From: Paraspadella gotoi
Taxonomy: Eukaryota > Animalia > Chaetognatha
NCBI GenBank assembly: GCA_051294375.1
Contig: CM119266.1
Span: 27,080,718 to 27,144,717 of the forward strand
Direction of reading: 5' to 3'
DNA length: 64,000 bases
Positions 36,868 through 50,500 of this stretch are shown piece after piece; position 1 is the stretch's first letter, and each line of letters opens with the position of its first letter. Under the pieces are notes generated by a model that saw nothing but the letters and a program-made list of their open reading frames with translations, did no database searches and was not told the DNA's origin. A program made the translations under genes and the position numbers.

Positions 36868-37516
36868 TGAAGAGACAGTAATTATTGTTATGTGATAGTG
36901 ACAGAACCGTTCAATATAAGCAGTCCCTGAGCTTCGGATCAGGCTGTAACACCGAGTTACAGGCGGGTTAAGCGCCCCGTCCCTCTTAACTGCTAGGCGG
37001 CCACCGGGCTAGAACCCCGGACCTTTGGGTTAGGAGGCGAATGACTTACCTCCGGCACCAATGGCCGCTGATGAACAGTTGGTGGATTTTAGTCCACCAT
37101 ACATCCCCCCTCCCATAGAGAGAAGTCTGTTGCGTCTCTTCAGTGAATTGTTGTGGGTGGAAAGTGCGTCACCGAGTTGAGGCATGTCGCCAGATGTGTT
37201 GTTGGCGGAAAGTGCATCGTCAGGTTGAGGCCTGTTGCCTGAAAATGTTGTTGCTGTTGTGTTTGGAAGTCGGGCTCACCAATGAAGAGACAATAATTAT
37301 TGTTATGTGATAGTGACAGAACCGTTCAATATAAGCAGTCCCTGAGCTTCGGATCAGGCTGTTACACCGAGTTACAGGAGGGTTAAGCGCCCCATCCCAA
37401 TAAACTGCGAGGCGGCCACTGGGCTAGAACCCCGGACCTTTGGGTTAGGAGGCGAATGACTTGCCTCCGGCACCAATGGCCGCTGATGAACGGTTGGTGG
37501 ATTTTAGTCCACCATA
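36868..37516 (-). mobile_element. Complete 649-bp TRIM with tRNA-like cassette in LTRs (family 1; Helenus-like), inside FMO intron
   Basis: Two 234-bp LTRs (36868-37101, 37283-37516), 181-bp non-coding core, minus-strand PBS TGGTGAGCCCGAC (37269-37281), PPT gggagggggg (37105-37114), 4-bp TSD GTAA (36864-36867, 37517-37520). Confidence 0.88.
36997..37068 (-). ncRNA. 72-nt tRNA-like cassette (Pol III A/B box) within TRIM LTR; not a functional tRNA
   Basis: gcggcca...tggccgc 7-bp closing stem, T-arm ccggg-gttctag-cccgg (gttcaag in the 50115 copy), A-box-like tggtgccggagg; anticodon stem does not pair. Confidence 0.7.
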
Positions 37517-38237
37517 GTAATTTATTTTATAATTGAAAAACGTTAATAAGTTTCCCGACGCGTTCACTTTTCAGACGAAACACGTGAAGGATCTTTGCGA
37601 CGCTAACGGTTCCCCTCAGAACCTTGATGAGTCAAAGATCTTTATCGACTGGGTGAATCATCGTTGCTAGAACATTCCCACTTACCGCGATGGGTCCTTC
37701 GCCTCTCTCTTCACCGGCGCCAAGTCGCCCGTCAACCCTTCCTCATTCATGGAGACCCTGAACGACTCTCACTCCGGCTAGCAGTACGTGCCAACCTTCT
37801 CGGGATGCTAGCGGGAACATATTTTCGGATGGTACGAGTGTAGAATCGAGAAGGCTTATTACATTAATTATAAGAAACGGCCTAAACGCGGAATCTAAAT
37901 CTGTTTCCTGGGTAACGGAGTGGGCCAGGCCAAGCCAGTGGTCACCCCCCCCTATTCTCCCTTCTCAATCTTCTCTGCAGCCTTAAGTTTTGTAGTTTTG
38001 TAGTTTTGTACAGGGACTCCAGCTTGAGCGATACGAAAAGACTTGATTAAAATTTCCTAATAGTATAATCACAGTGACTCTCAAGCACTTTCTTCATTTT
38101 TTCGTCCAAATTTTTTAACAATTTATAATTTTTAATGGTGATTGTGAAGTCATCTGTTATAAAACTAAAAAAATTTGGTGATTTGTTATTGTAAAAACCT
38201 AACTTATTTACTATGGTAAGTGGTACGTTCACTACGT

Positions 38238-38492
38238 TGTGGTGGTATATTCACACCGCCTCACGTCCACCATCCTTCAGCCAAATACATTGGCTCAGAA
38301 GGGGAACACACCATCCCAAGCGTAGTGTTCCATCCACAGTCCTAACGACTTCCCTCTGCGTTGGCAAAGCGAGACCGTCCTAGGGTAACTGCGCCAGTGA
38401 CTGGAGGCGTCACTGAGGGTCAGAAGCCCCCAAAGCCAACAGTGAGATGCCCCATCCCAATGGGCATCACAGGCAACCTGGATGTTGCCATA
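38238..38492. mobile_element. 255-bp solo-LTR-like insertion, hairpin-rich (family 4)
   Basis: TGTGG...CCATA termini, perfect 4-bp TSD ACGT (38234-38237, 38493-38496); terminal hairpin ggcaac-ctggat-gttgcc and several internal stems. Confidence 0.65.
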
Positions 38493-39038
38493 ACGTAACT
38501 ATTATTTATTAACAAAGTCGACTCTGTAATTTTTTAATATATTTTAAAGGGAAAACACATTTTTTATTAAGTATTATTCATATTATAAAAACATTTTTTT
38601 GATTCTCTCATTAATTAATTTTTAATACCTTCCTTTAGATCCTCTTTTTAGTTAAATTTTAACTTCACCAATATTTTATCTTTAACGGGTACCAAGTATC
38701 CCACCCTCTAATCTGTAAACCCTTTAACGATTCACTTTCCTTCCACATATGACTTCCCATTTTGTATTACATTTGTGTAACATTTTACTTTCATATACCT
38801 CTTTTCCCATTTAATGTCCGCTTTTTTCACCCTTCTCTCCCCATTCTCACACCCTCTCCCTTTATCATAATTTTCACCCACTCAACCCCCACCACCCACT
38901 CTCCGCTAACCCCCTTCCCCTTTATTCCCAGATCGGCCGCCAATCTAGTCTCCTCGGTCCAACGACTCCGAAATCGAGTGGTTAAAGATATTATTCGAAA
39001 TGAGGCTTCGCTTTGTTGCAGCTGCAACATGACGAGAA

Positions 39039-39101
<63 letters not shown>

Positions 39102-39682
39102 GAGATGAGAGAGAGAGAGAGAGTTGACGCCGACTATTTCATGAAAATAGAATCAATGAAAGCATGTCGGCTTGTCGGGGGGTCGATGTCGCGGCTTTTA
39201 AAAATGGGAAAAATCAGCATATCTCCGTTTTTGTTTCGAATATTAAACAGTAAAAACCATCACTAAAGGCTATAAAAGCCTGTTCAGTGTTCACAGGTCT
39301 TTGGAGCTGCGAAGATCACTTTACCAGCACCATTACTCTTTCACTGGCGGGACAGTGAGAGGATCAAAGATTAGTTGGAGGGCGACGACCGAATCACGAG
39401 TCGTTATCGTCGAATCGAAGATTAAGACGTGGATGTATTAACTCCAACTCGACTCCAACTCGAATTTAACAGTTTTTGTTGTCTTCGACTCCGACTTGAC
39501 ACTAGTAACTTTTCACTATTCAATATTCACAATTTAATCCTTCAAATAATTCTCTTTCCCCCACTTATTAACCTACTCCAACATCATTTAGTAACGTTGA
39601 TGTTCTCTCATTCCTAATCCCTTTTACTTTCATTTTGAGTTTTGAGTTTACTCTCAACCCTTTAAATTTCACTCGTCTGCTT

Positions 39683-39787
<105 letters not shown>

Positions 39788-40969
39788 TCCCCCTCTCTTA
39801 GCTTCCTCCTCCCAATAAGCAAATTACGGTCTGACGTTTATCTCTCCCATATAACTCTCTCTCTCTTCGACTCGCGACTTTTTCCATATCTGTCGAGCGT
39901 CGACTGCGGCGCACCTTTTCGCCTTCGCGGTTGCCTAGCGACCGAGACGCACGCGCGATGAGTTTACCGGAAAAATGCTGAAGACTTGGGCAGCTAGTTT
40001 CTTTCAGGCGTGAATTTGGTCTCGTGTTTTGTTATTGTGAGGATACAACGGTGATGAAATATGTTTATTGCTAAATTGGAAGATAGATATATAAAATGTA
40101 TATTTACGTATTCTCTTAGAATCTAAAATCCCTTGCATTAATTATACTTATAATTGTAAAATAATTTTTAATGAAACAACACTTGTTATCCCGTTAAAAT
40201 CGGTTATCGGTAATCATTAATAATTATTAATTTTTGATATTTAATATTATATCGATAATATAGTATAATATAGTATAGTATAGTATAGTAGTTTTTTTCT
40301 TACCTATATATTTGGATTGGACCATAGGAATCCCAAGTTTTTCAGAGTCGAAGGCGCGAAACGCAAGTTGCTCTGACGCCTTTCCTTATTTTATCGTTCC
40401 GTCTGTCCGCAGCCGCACTTCTCACCGACAACAGCAGCCGCTGCTGGGAGACTCTGCAGCGCCGCAGACAGAGGCTGCGGCGGATGAGCGGGAAATACGC
40501 TTCCATTTAGAAATCAATACGGGAAGTGTCGCCCCATTCCTTTCAAGTTTTTTTTACTAATTAGTAATAAATACTTGGATTAAGAACTTTTTCGCTAGCA
40601 ATCTCGGTAAAGAATTAACTTTTTTGGTTCGAATTCACCTCTATTGCCCTGATTCAACCAAGAAAAAAAAAGCATTGTGCTCGTTATCTCCAGTCAAGTC
40701 GTTCCTTCCGAGAGACGACGAGTTATTTCAGCATCATACCTCGTTATCTTCTGAAGGAATATTTTTTTAACGTCTTCTTATTCTCGCTTCACCACATCCA
40801 TCTCACCCATCTCACCCATCTCACCCAATCTTCGTTTCTTCCCCCCCTGGCTCCCCCTCCCTCGCTCTTCTTTCTTTATCGCTCTTTATCTCTCTTTCTC
40901 TCGTTCTCTCTCACTCTCTATTTCTCTCTTTCTCTCTTTCTCTCTCTGTCTCTTTCTCTCTGTCTCTCT

Positions 40970-41015
<46 letters not shown>

Positions 41016-41439
41016 ACGTCTCTTCTTTTTTTTTCTTTTTGTCCCACCTCATTTGACTTCGCCTTTAAATATTCTTGTTAAAAAAGTTCATCATTCTTTT
41101 TTCTCTTTTAAACCCTCTTCCCCAAGTCGAGTATCATAATCATATGAACCCTTTTCTCTCAATTTGCTTCCAGTTTTTCTCTCAATTTTCTCCTTTCAAA
41201 AACTTCTCCTTGGCTTCTTCTTCTTCCTTGGCTCCTTTCCTCTATCCTTTCCCTTCTTTTCTTTTTCCTCTATCCTTTCCTCTCTTTCCTCCCTTTCCTT
41301 TCGATTCTTCTATTCTTTCCCTTCTTTTACTCTTTCCTTCTTTTTTATTTTTTTTTATTTCTTTTCTTTTCTTTTCCTTCCCTTCTCTACGTACAATTTT
41401 TCCCGCTTTCTTTTCCCATCTCCTCTTTCTGTCTTTTAA

Positions 41440-42610
41440 ATCCTCCTCCTCTCTTCTCTATCCTATCTCTACCCTTTCTTCTCTCGCACTCATCTTCTCT
41501 AATGTTTCATTCTACCCTTATCTTCTCTCCCTCCTCTCTTCTCTATCCTATCTTCTACCCTTTCTTCTCTCCCTCTCTCTCTCTATCTCTATCTTACCCT
41601 TTCTTCTCCCTATCTCTCTCTCTCTCATGTCTTTATCCTATCTCTACGCCTTTTCTTCTCTCCATCCTCTAATTCTCTATCCTATCTCTAAGCCGTGCTT
41701 TCTTCTCTCCCTCCTCTCTTCTTTATCCTATCTCTACTCTTTCTTCTCTTCCTCTTCTCTTCACTATCCTAGTCCTCTACCCTTTATTTCTCTCCCTCCT
41801 CTTTTCTCTATTTCTAATCTCTAGCTTCTCTACCCTTTACTTCTCTCCCTCCTCTCTTCTCTATCCTATCTCTAACCCTTTTCTTCTCTCCCTCTCTGCC
41901 TCTCTATCCATATCTCTACCCTTTCTTCTCTCCCTATTCTCTTCACATCCTTATCTCTACCCTTCTTCCTCCCTCTTCTCCTTCCACTATCCTACCACTA
42001 CCCTTTACTTCTCTCCCTCCTCTCTTTCCACTATCCTATCTCCTACCCTTTTCTTCTCTCCTCCTCTCTTCACTATCCTATCTCTACCCTTTCTTCTCTC
42101 CCTCCTCTCTTCTCTTATCCTAATCTTACCCTTTCTTCCTTTTCCTCTTCTCTTCACTTTCCTATCTCTACCCTTTCTTCTCTTCCCTCCTCTCTTCACT
42201 ATCCTATCTCTACCCTTTCATCTCTCCCTCTCCCCTCACTACTCCTATTTCTCTACCCTTTCTTCTCTCCCTCCTCTCGTCTTCTCTATCCTATCTCTAC
42301 CTTTCTTCTCTCCCTCCTCTCCCTCTATCCTTACTCTTCCCTTCCTTCTGCTCCCTCCTTCTTCACTATCCTATCTCTACCCTTTCTTCTCTCCCTCCTC
42401 TTCTCTATCTATCTCTTTCCTACCCTTTCTTCTCTCCCTCCTCTCTTCTCTATCCTATATCCTTCTCTCCCTCCTCTTCTTCTCTATCCTATCTCTACCC
42501 TTCCTTCTCTCCCTCTCTTTCTCTATCCTATCTCTACCCTTTCTTCTCTCCCTCCTCTTTTCTCTATCCTACCTCTACCCTTTCTTCTCTCCCTCCTCTT
42601 TCTCCCTCCC
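41440..42610. repeat. ~41-bp pyrimidine-rich minisatellite
   Basis: Unit approx. ctctcttctctatcctatctctaccctttcttctctccctc repeated over ~1.2 kb. Confidence 0.9.
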
Positions 42611-43651
42611 CCACCCCCTTCTCAATCGGACGCCATCGAGTCGCGCAACTGGCATCAAAGTCTTGAGTCTTTGACGGCGTCACAATCGTTTCTAAGAAGA
42701 AGAGGGAGGGAAAGATAAAGAAGACGACGACGACGACAACGACGAAGTTAAAACGACGACGACGACGACGACGAAGTTAAAACGACGAAGACGACGAAGA
42801 CAGAGACAATCGAACGATTAGATTACGAAGGCGACGAAAACGTCGACTATAATTACGACGACGTTGAAAACGACGACGATGATGACAACAACGACAACAA
42901 CTTGAATGTAAAGGACGCGGATTAATAATGAGAAAAAAAAGTGGATGAGGAGATAAGACAAGAGTTGGCAGTCGATTGCGGTCGAGGCGTCATGACTGCA
43001 GAACAAAAAAAAATAATAACAATATTTAAAAAAATGTCAACTATGACGAAAACAGTAACAGTAAAAACAATACGAATTGCAATGAAAACAATAAAAAACA
43101 ATAACAACAATAGTAATATCAATAACAACAATAACAACGACGACGACGATAACCCCAACCAGAGAGTTTTATTCGATTCACTTCTGCAGATGAGGTCTCC
43201 TTTTGTCTTTTGTTTTTTTTTTAAATTTAGGATAAAAAAAGTGTTAATACTTTGAGTGTCGCTTTTTTCTATTCGTGCTTAGAAAATTAGTCGAATACGC
43301 CTTTTCTTTTATTTTTTATCCTTATCAAAGCAGAAAAATACATAGCGAAGTCAAACAGCTGCGCGAAGAACGTTAGGTTATTTTCGCTTGAGCTTTTATT
43401 GAAAACTTGTTGAGAAATACCAATAGAGAATTAAAGAAACCACGACACCAGAAAAAGTTAATTTTAACTTTATTTGGCTAAAACTCAAAATCATACTGTT
43501 TTCTGGTGCCTCTTATACGGGTATTTATCTTTATGCTGAAACAAATTAAACATTTATGACAGAAGGATTGAAATTTAAATAAAGTTAAAACCAGCACCCG
43601 ATTTAAAATTAACAAAAATATTCCCCTCTGACGACTCTTTACTTTCCAACC

Positions 43652-43771
43652 TCACCGCTCGCCGCTCGCCGCTCACCGCTCACCGCTCGCCGCTCGCCGC
43701 TCGCCGCTCGCCGCTCGCCGCTCGCCGCTCGCCGCTCACCGCTCACCGCTCACCGCTCACCGCTCGCCGCT
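43652..43771. repeat. 7-bp tandem repeat (CGCTCRC)n
   Basis: About 17 units cgctcgc/cgctcac read directly. Confidence 0.9.
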
Positions 43772-44247
43772 TACGGCAACCTGGGACAACGCGGTCCCAA
43801 CTTTAGTGAAAACGAGTGAAAAATATTGTTTGTCACGCTTCGCGAGTCTAACCAATGTTACGCCACGTCACGAATTTATCTCTGTCTCCGTTCTCTGTCT
43901 CTGTGTGCGTCTCTGTCTCTCTCTCGCTCAGATCCAACTGCATGAAACTCTTACTTAATGTCGAAACGATCTATCCCTCGCCGAATATCAGTTTATTATT
44001 CAACTTAACAAACGTACATTTACACGCGAGTCAGTAGTCACGTCATTAATATTTAATAAATGACAACAAAGTTATCGACCAAAAAAATCGACAAAATCGT
44101 GAAAAGAATTCCATAACAGAATCTTTACGCTCGAAGGCGTCGAGAAAAATGGTCGGTCATACACGCGCCAGTCGCGACGCCGGAAGTCGGGAGGAGACGA
44201 CGAGATTTGGCGCTCTCTCTCTCTCTCTCTCCTTGTCTCTCTCGCTG

Positions 44248-44285
<38 letters not shown>

Positions 44286-44510
44286 TCTATCTTCCCCCTC
44301 TTTTTCTCATTCTACAATCTACACCTATAGGTCCGTATGTGAATGAGCTTACCTTTCTCTTGGTCTGTCTATCTGTATATGCATATATAAATTATATATA
44401 TATACATTTCTCTCTTTCTCTCTCGCTTTCTATTCAGTCCGGGGCCCTCGCTCTTCTTCCTCCTCTCGCCAAATTTATCATTTCCCCTCTTTTCTCCTCA
44501 CCCCTCTCTC

Positions 44511-44620
<110 letters not shown>

Positions 44621-45032
44621 TCTTCCTCTCCGCCCCGCCCTGTTTTGTTTATCGTTTTTGCGGAAATATTTGCGATGCTTCGCGAATGAAAAATGAATTC
44701 GGTGCAAAATCTTTGGTTGAAGCGAAGGTGGAAGATGGCCGCTGGCGGCACAGAGAAAAGAGAGAGAGAGAGAGGGAGAGAGAAGAAGAGAGAGGAGAGA
44801 GAGAGAGAGAGAAGAGGAGAGAGAGAGAAGAGAGAGAGAGAGAGGGCTATATTTTTTTTCTAAAACATTTTTATCTGGGCCCCAGTGAGGAGAACGCACG
44901 TTCCGAAATTTTATGGCGGAGGAATTCTTACTTGGTAACAAAAAATGCGTTGATGTTACTTTATTTTTCGCGCATGTTTTCTTTTTGTGTAAACGAAGAA
45001 CAAATTTGCCAAAAATTTTGTCGCTGCCTAAT

Positions 45033-45083
<51 letters not shown>

Positions 45084-45539
45084 TTGAGGAGAAGAGACAG
45101 AGAGAGAGAGAGAGAGGAGGAGAGATGCAGAGAGAGAGAGAGTAACAAAAAGTCAGGGTTCTTTTGACGTCAGGGAGAAAGATTAATCGTCAAGATTTGG
45201 TAAGGCTAACGTTTTTCGTCGAAACCGAGGGTAAGCTCCCGACGCCACTTACCTCCCCTTTCCCAAAGACTCGAAGAACTTACCCTTTCGTCCACGGACC
45301 CTCACTCACCCCGGACCCCGACCTCCGCCAGAAAATTTCTGAAGGATTAGGGATGGCAGAAGAAAACAAGAAAGCAACACGAGAGCCTCAGTTTCGGTTA
45401 GTGGGCGGGGAATTGGAGCGGACCTGGAGTGGTGTGGAAGTCATGGGATAGTTGAGGATTTGGAGAGTGCAGCGACGGGGGAGTGGAGTATTTGGAGAGT
45501 TGGGGGGGGGAAGAATAGGAGTTGTGACTAGTGACAGCT

Positions 45540-45810
45540 TTCAGAAGATATTAATAATGATACCTTTTTATGTAAAAGTTCTTTAAAAAATATTCATAAA
45601 GTTAGACAAAAAGATTGAAAAAAAAAAATATTTGAGTTTTAAAATGAAAGACGATTTTTAAGCCAACTTTTTCTCGCTCATTGCCAAGTCAAATCATAAC
45701 CAATCAATATGAAATTTGGATATATAAATGACTTTGGTTTTTACTACAAAAAAAATCTTTCAGTTTAAAAAAATCTTCAAAGTTTTGCAAATGATTTTTT
45801 TTTAGCGGCG
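45540..45810. repeat. Diverged AT-rich dispersed repeat, related to ~51470-51745
   Basis: Shared blocks ttcaga..taata, agacgatttt, aaatttg.atatataaat..tt.ggtttttact, aaaaaatctt, aaatga...cggcg. Confidence 0.45.
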
Positions 45811-46351
45811 GGTTGTCGTGTGTCTCCTTGTAACGGGAGAGAGGAGCGATAGGGAAAGTAGAGCGTCTAAGAAGTCGAGTCCTGGAGTAGAGAAGAAGTA
45901 GGAGTACGTGGGTGATGATAGCAGATGCGGATGTTGAAGCTCCGCCTAAAATGAAGAGAAAAAGGAAAGTTAAAGACGTCAGAATTTTAGAGGCGATCGT
46001 CATTTGTTTAAAACTTTGGATACGATGGACCAGGAGCGCAATTGGCTTGAGAAAATGGAGACCGGAATCTGGGTTTGAAATCGGAAGAGAGAGGTAAATC
46101 AAGTGGACTGGGAGTTTGGAAAAGGAGTGGCTCGGACCGATGGAGCGGATTCGGACAGATGGATCCATTCGAGAGCAACAACACTAGTTGTTTTTCTGCG
46201 TGCGGTCGCTGTCGTTGTTGTTGTTTGTCGTTGTTGTCGTCGTCGTTACTCCGCGTGTCAAGGTCGAACTCCAAACAACAAAAACTTTTCGCCGCAAAAA
46301 TAAAAAAAAGAAAAGAAAAACAAAAAGCAAAAAATACAACAAAAAAAAACC

Positions 46352-46436
46352 AGAAGAAGAAGAAGAAGAAGAAGAAGAAGAAGAAGAAGAAGAAGAAGAA
46401 GAAGAAGAAGAAGAAGAAGAAGAAGAAGAAGAAGAA
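46352..46436. repeat. Perfect (GAA)n microsatellite
   Basis: About 28 uninterrupted gaa units. Confidence 0.95.
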
Positions 46437-46526
46437 CGAACAAAGTAGTTGACGAGATTACGTTCCCTCATAACCACAAAGAGATGAAAAACGAATACGA
46501 TGCCCACGGAGGCGGTTGAGACAGTC

Positions 46527-46609
<83 letters not shown>

Positions 46610-46734
46610 TTTCTCTTTTCTTTTGTCTTTCTCTTTCCTTTTTACTTTTTTTGCGATATAGAATCACTCAATATAATTTCTCTGGAAAAAGTAATCGGTT
46701 AAAATGTAAAATATATTGGCATTTTGAGCTCGTT

Positions 46735-46815
<81 letters not shown>

Positions 46816-46959
46816 ACTCTCTCTTTCATTCTTTCTCTCTTTTCTTCTCTCCCCGTCATATTTATTTCATGGTGTACATTTGCCGAGGATCGAGGGGCCA
46901 TAAAATAGACACTTGGGTTTAGACAATGACAGCGAAGAATACGACCAGAGAAAAATGAA

Positions 46960-47290
46960 GGATGGAGAGGAGGAGAAAGAGAAAGGAAATGAGAAAGAGT
47001 GAGGATGAGAGGAGAAAGAGAAAGGATGAGAGGAGAAAGAGAGAGGAGGAGAGGAGAAAGAGAGAGGAGAGGAGAAAGAGAGAGGAGGAGAAGAGATGAG
47101 AGAAGAAGAGAGAAAGAGAAAGGATGAGAGGAGAAAGAGTGAGGAGGAGAGGAGATAAGAGAAGAAGAGAGAAAGATAGAGGAGGAGAGGAGAAAGAGAG
47201 AGAATAAGAGGAGAAAGTGAGAGGAGGAGAGGAGAAAGAGAGAGGAGAGGAGAAAGAGAGAGAAGAAGAGGAGAAAGATAACGGATGAAA
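46960..47290. repeat. ~21-bp purine-rich minisatellite
   Basis: gaggagaaagagagaggagga-type units in tandem. Confidence 0.8.
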
Positions 47291-47525
47291 GAAGAAAGAG
47301 AAGAATAGAAAGGCGAAAGAAAAATAGGAGAGTTGGATAGAAAGGAATTAGTCAGAAATCTCAAGGAAGGAAAAGAGACAGAACGAGAAACATGAAAACA
47401 CCAACGACAAGGATTACTTTTAGGTTAAGTTTAAAAAAGGCCTTATTTTGCCTTTTTATCGATCAACGGTTTTATTTTTATTTATTTTCTTATTTGTTTT
47501 TTTTTATAAAAGATTCAAAGAAAAG

Positions 47526-50500
47526 ATGGCGTTTGGAGGATTCTTCACCCTGCTCATCGTCGTTGTCGGCGCCGTCCACGGATTGACCGAAGAACAACAA
47601 CTCATGCTCGACAAACACAACGAATTCCGAGCCAACGTGAAGCCTTGCCCGACGTTGTACAGGATTGCTAAAGTAAGTACATAAGTAACTTCTTATTTCC
47701 CGTCATCATTTCTTCCACTACTAGTTGACTTGGAACCCTCTTCTGGAAAAAGCGGCGAGACTCTATGCGCCCAGGTATTTCTATGCGGGTTATCAAGAAG
47801 GGAGCCAAGTTATTTTAAAACATTCCGTTCGATGTTGTACGAAAGAGATAATTAAATTATAATTAAAATAATAAACGCGAATCCTACACACAGATGCGAT
47901 TGGAAGCACACGGACCGCAAATTCGTCAAGCAAGTCACGGGCATTGGTGAGTCACTGAGTCAGTCACAATAACTATGATCGCCTATATTCTGCTTCCCCC
48001 CCCCCTACGTCCCTTCCCAATGTCCCCATACACCACACTCTTAGAGGGTTGGGTGGGCGAAAACCTGTTCGGTGCTCCTACGGGCAAATTCAAACATTGG
48101 TCAGTCGCTGCCGAATACTGGGCGAACGAGGATCAGTTCTACAATTACTGTACGAACAAGTGCGAGGGCGGGGAATGCGGTCACTACTTGCAGGTTTGTC
48201 TGCTTGATGTCAGGATTATATTTTATAGGTAACCAAAATGTTTGCGTTAGTAGTCTTAGAATGATATTAACACGATTATCGTCTCTAACCCAATTGTGAA
48301 ATAAACATAACTCGTCAGGATATAATAACTGAGAGAGACTCCTCATCTTTTTTGGTTAGGGCGAGAGCTGTGGATGCATATTTCATAACTCCCTTTCGGG
48401 TTTGTCTTTTTATCTGTGATTCATTAAATAAAGTAATTTCGAAATAAAATTCATTAGGAAAAAACTAAAAAAGGTACTCGCATCTAAATCATGTGTTTAT
48501 TGGAGATCTTATGAGAAACGAAAAATAAGCAAAATCAAAGTTAAAGCTTAATTTTGTTGAAAAAATAATTAATTAATGATGATTTATGATGAAAATTTTT
48601 GAAACAAAAACTCCAAAGCCTACTATTTTATTTTGCCCTCAGCTCGTCTGGTTTGATTCGACGTCTGTGGGTTGCGCCATGCAGAAGTGTGACCACGATA
48701 AAATGAAAGGCATGGACTACGTCGTCTGCTTTTATCATCCGGGAGGAAATGATGGTCAGGAAGTGGGCCGGAAGGGGCAAAATGAGGCAGATTTTTGAGA
48801 AACGAATGATGAGATAAAAACTAAAAAGTCGATGGAGCAGAAGTGCGTGAACAGTGAACAGAGTCATTGCATGCTCAGTAATAGTCATCTTGTAGAAAAC
48901 TAAAAATAGAAAAGAAAAGTTTAAAAACATTTTGAAAGCGATGTTTACTTTTAATTATTTTGATCATTTATTAAATTGAAAGCTGGTCGACCTTTCCGCG
49001 TTTCGAACGAAACTTTCGAAACCCATTGCAACGGTGGGAAATTGGATGAATCGAAATGCAAGAAGGTCGTCGACATCCCGGCTAAACCCGTCTTCCCAAA
49101 GCTCGAATTGACTGAAGAACAGCAATATATTCTAGATTATTTCAACGAAGCCAGGGCGGGTGTGACTCCTTGTCCCACGATTTTCAAGTTGAACAAAGTG
49201 AGTCGATCATACTCGGACGCCCTCCCCGGCTATATTTTCCATAAGAACCCCGTTTCAGGATTAGGTGTTGTGGCTAGGAATTATGGTTGGGATTAAGTTA
49301 GAGTTAGGTTTTTGTATTACGGTTAGGGACAAGGGTTAAAGATTAAGTTTATTTGTTAAGTGATTAGAATTAAATATTTGTGTTAAAATAAAAATGAGGG
49401 ATTAAGAAATGGGATGCTTTTGGAAAAGAGTGGCCCCATTTCACCCGTGGTTAGTTATCATTTTCCCCGTCACTATTTCTTTAATTTTATTTATTTACTT
49501 TTTTAAAATTTTCCAGTTGACTTGGAGCCGTAAACTGGAGAAGGCGGCTCAAGCTTGGGTAGATCAATGCAAAAATGGAGATAGGGACCACGATATGATC
49601 GAGCGAATTACGGGCATCGATAGGATGGTGGGTGCAACCTCGGACTACTGGTCCACGGGCAAAATTGACTTCAGAAATGTGACCGAATATTGGAGGAGCC
49701 AGGGCGAGACCTACGACTACTGCACCAACGGCTGCGGGCGTAACTCAGTTTGCGATTCTTACGTAGCGGTACTAAATTATTGTTTGATTGTTCGGATAGG
49801 AACAAAAACTTTATAGCTATATGTGAGTAATTATTAAGTTAAGAAAAAAACTTTGGTACTGATTAGTAGGAGACTACGTCGCTCATAAAAGTCAGGGAAG
49901 ATTTTTTTAACGGAGATTTTCTTTCGAATCTGACTACCAAACTTTATAAACGCCCCTGGAGAAAATTCCTGTAAAAAATAGATGTAAAAACGCTCGATTC
50001 CGATCTTGTTACATCTGAAGAGCTCGCATTTTTTTCCTCTTGTCAAATCATCAATATTTTGATATCAAACAAGCCCCAACAAATAGACTGGTTCTGTATC
50101 AGAAAATTATCCATTGAAGAGACAGTACTTATTGACAGAACCGTTCAATATAAGCAGTCCCTGAGCTTCGGATCAGGCTGTAACCTCATGTTACAGGCGG
50201 GTTAAGCACCCCGTCCCTCTTAACTGCTAAGCGGCCACCGGGCTTGAACCCCGGACCTTTGGGTTGGGAGGTGAATGACTTGCCTCCGGCACCAATGGCC
50301 GCTGATGAACGGTTGGTGGATTTTAGTCCACCACACCATCTCTGATTTTATATAGAAATGAAAGGAATTTTTTTCCTTGAAAACGATATAAATGTGATTG
50401 AGGTATGTTCCTGTTCAACAAATGACATCAAATTCAGGAATCCTCTGGCAAAGTGCTGAAGGGCTCTCAAAATTTTTTTTTATATTTTATTTGGTTATTT

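Noticed and set aside
36997-37068. Functional tRNA genes in the repeated ~230-bp unit
   Set aside because: Anticodon stem does not pair, the anticodon position varies between copies, and every copy lies within an LTR.
37060-37101. Hammerhead (CUGAUGA) or twister ribozyme in family-1 LTR
   Set aside because: ctgatga is not followed by stem II and GAAA; twister-like words lack the required pseudoknot pairings and order.
45704-46274. LRR-like exon on minus strand (IRSIGPSHSFSKLPVHLIYLSL)
   Set aside because: Only one imperfect LRR-like stretch, needs frameshifts to extend, no supporting exons found.
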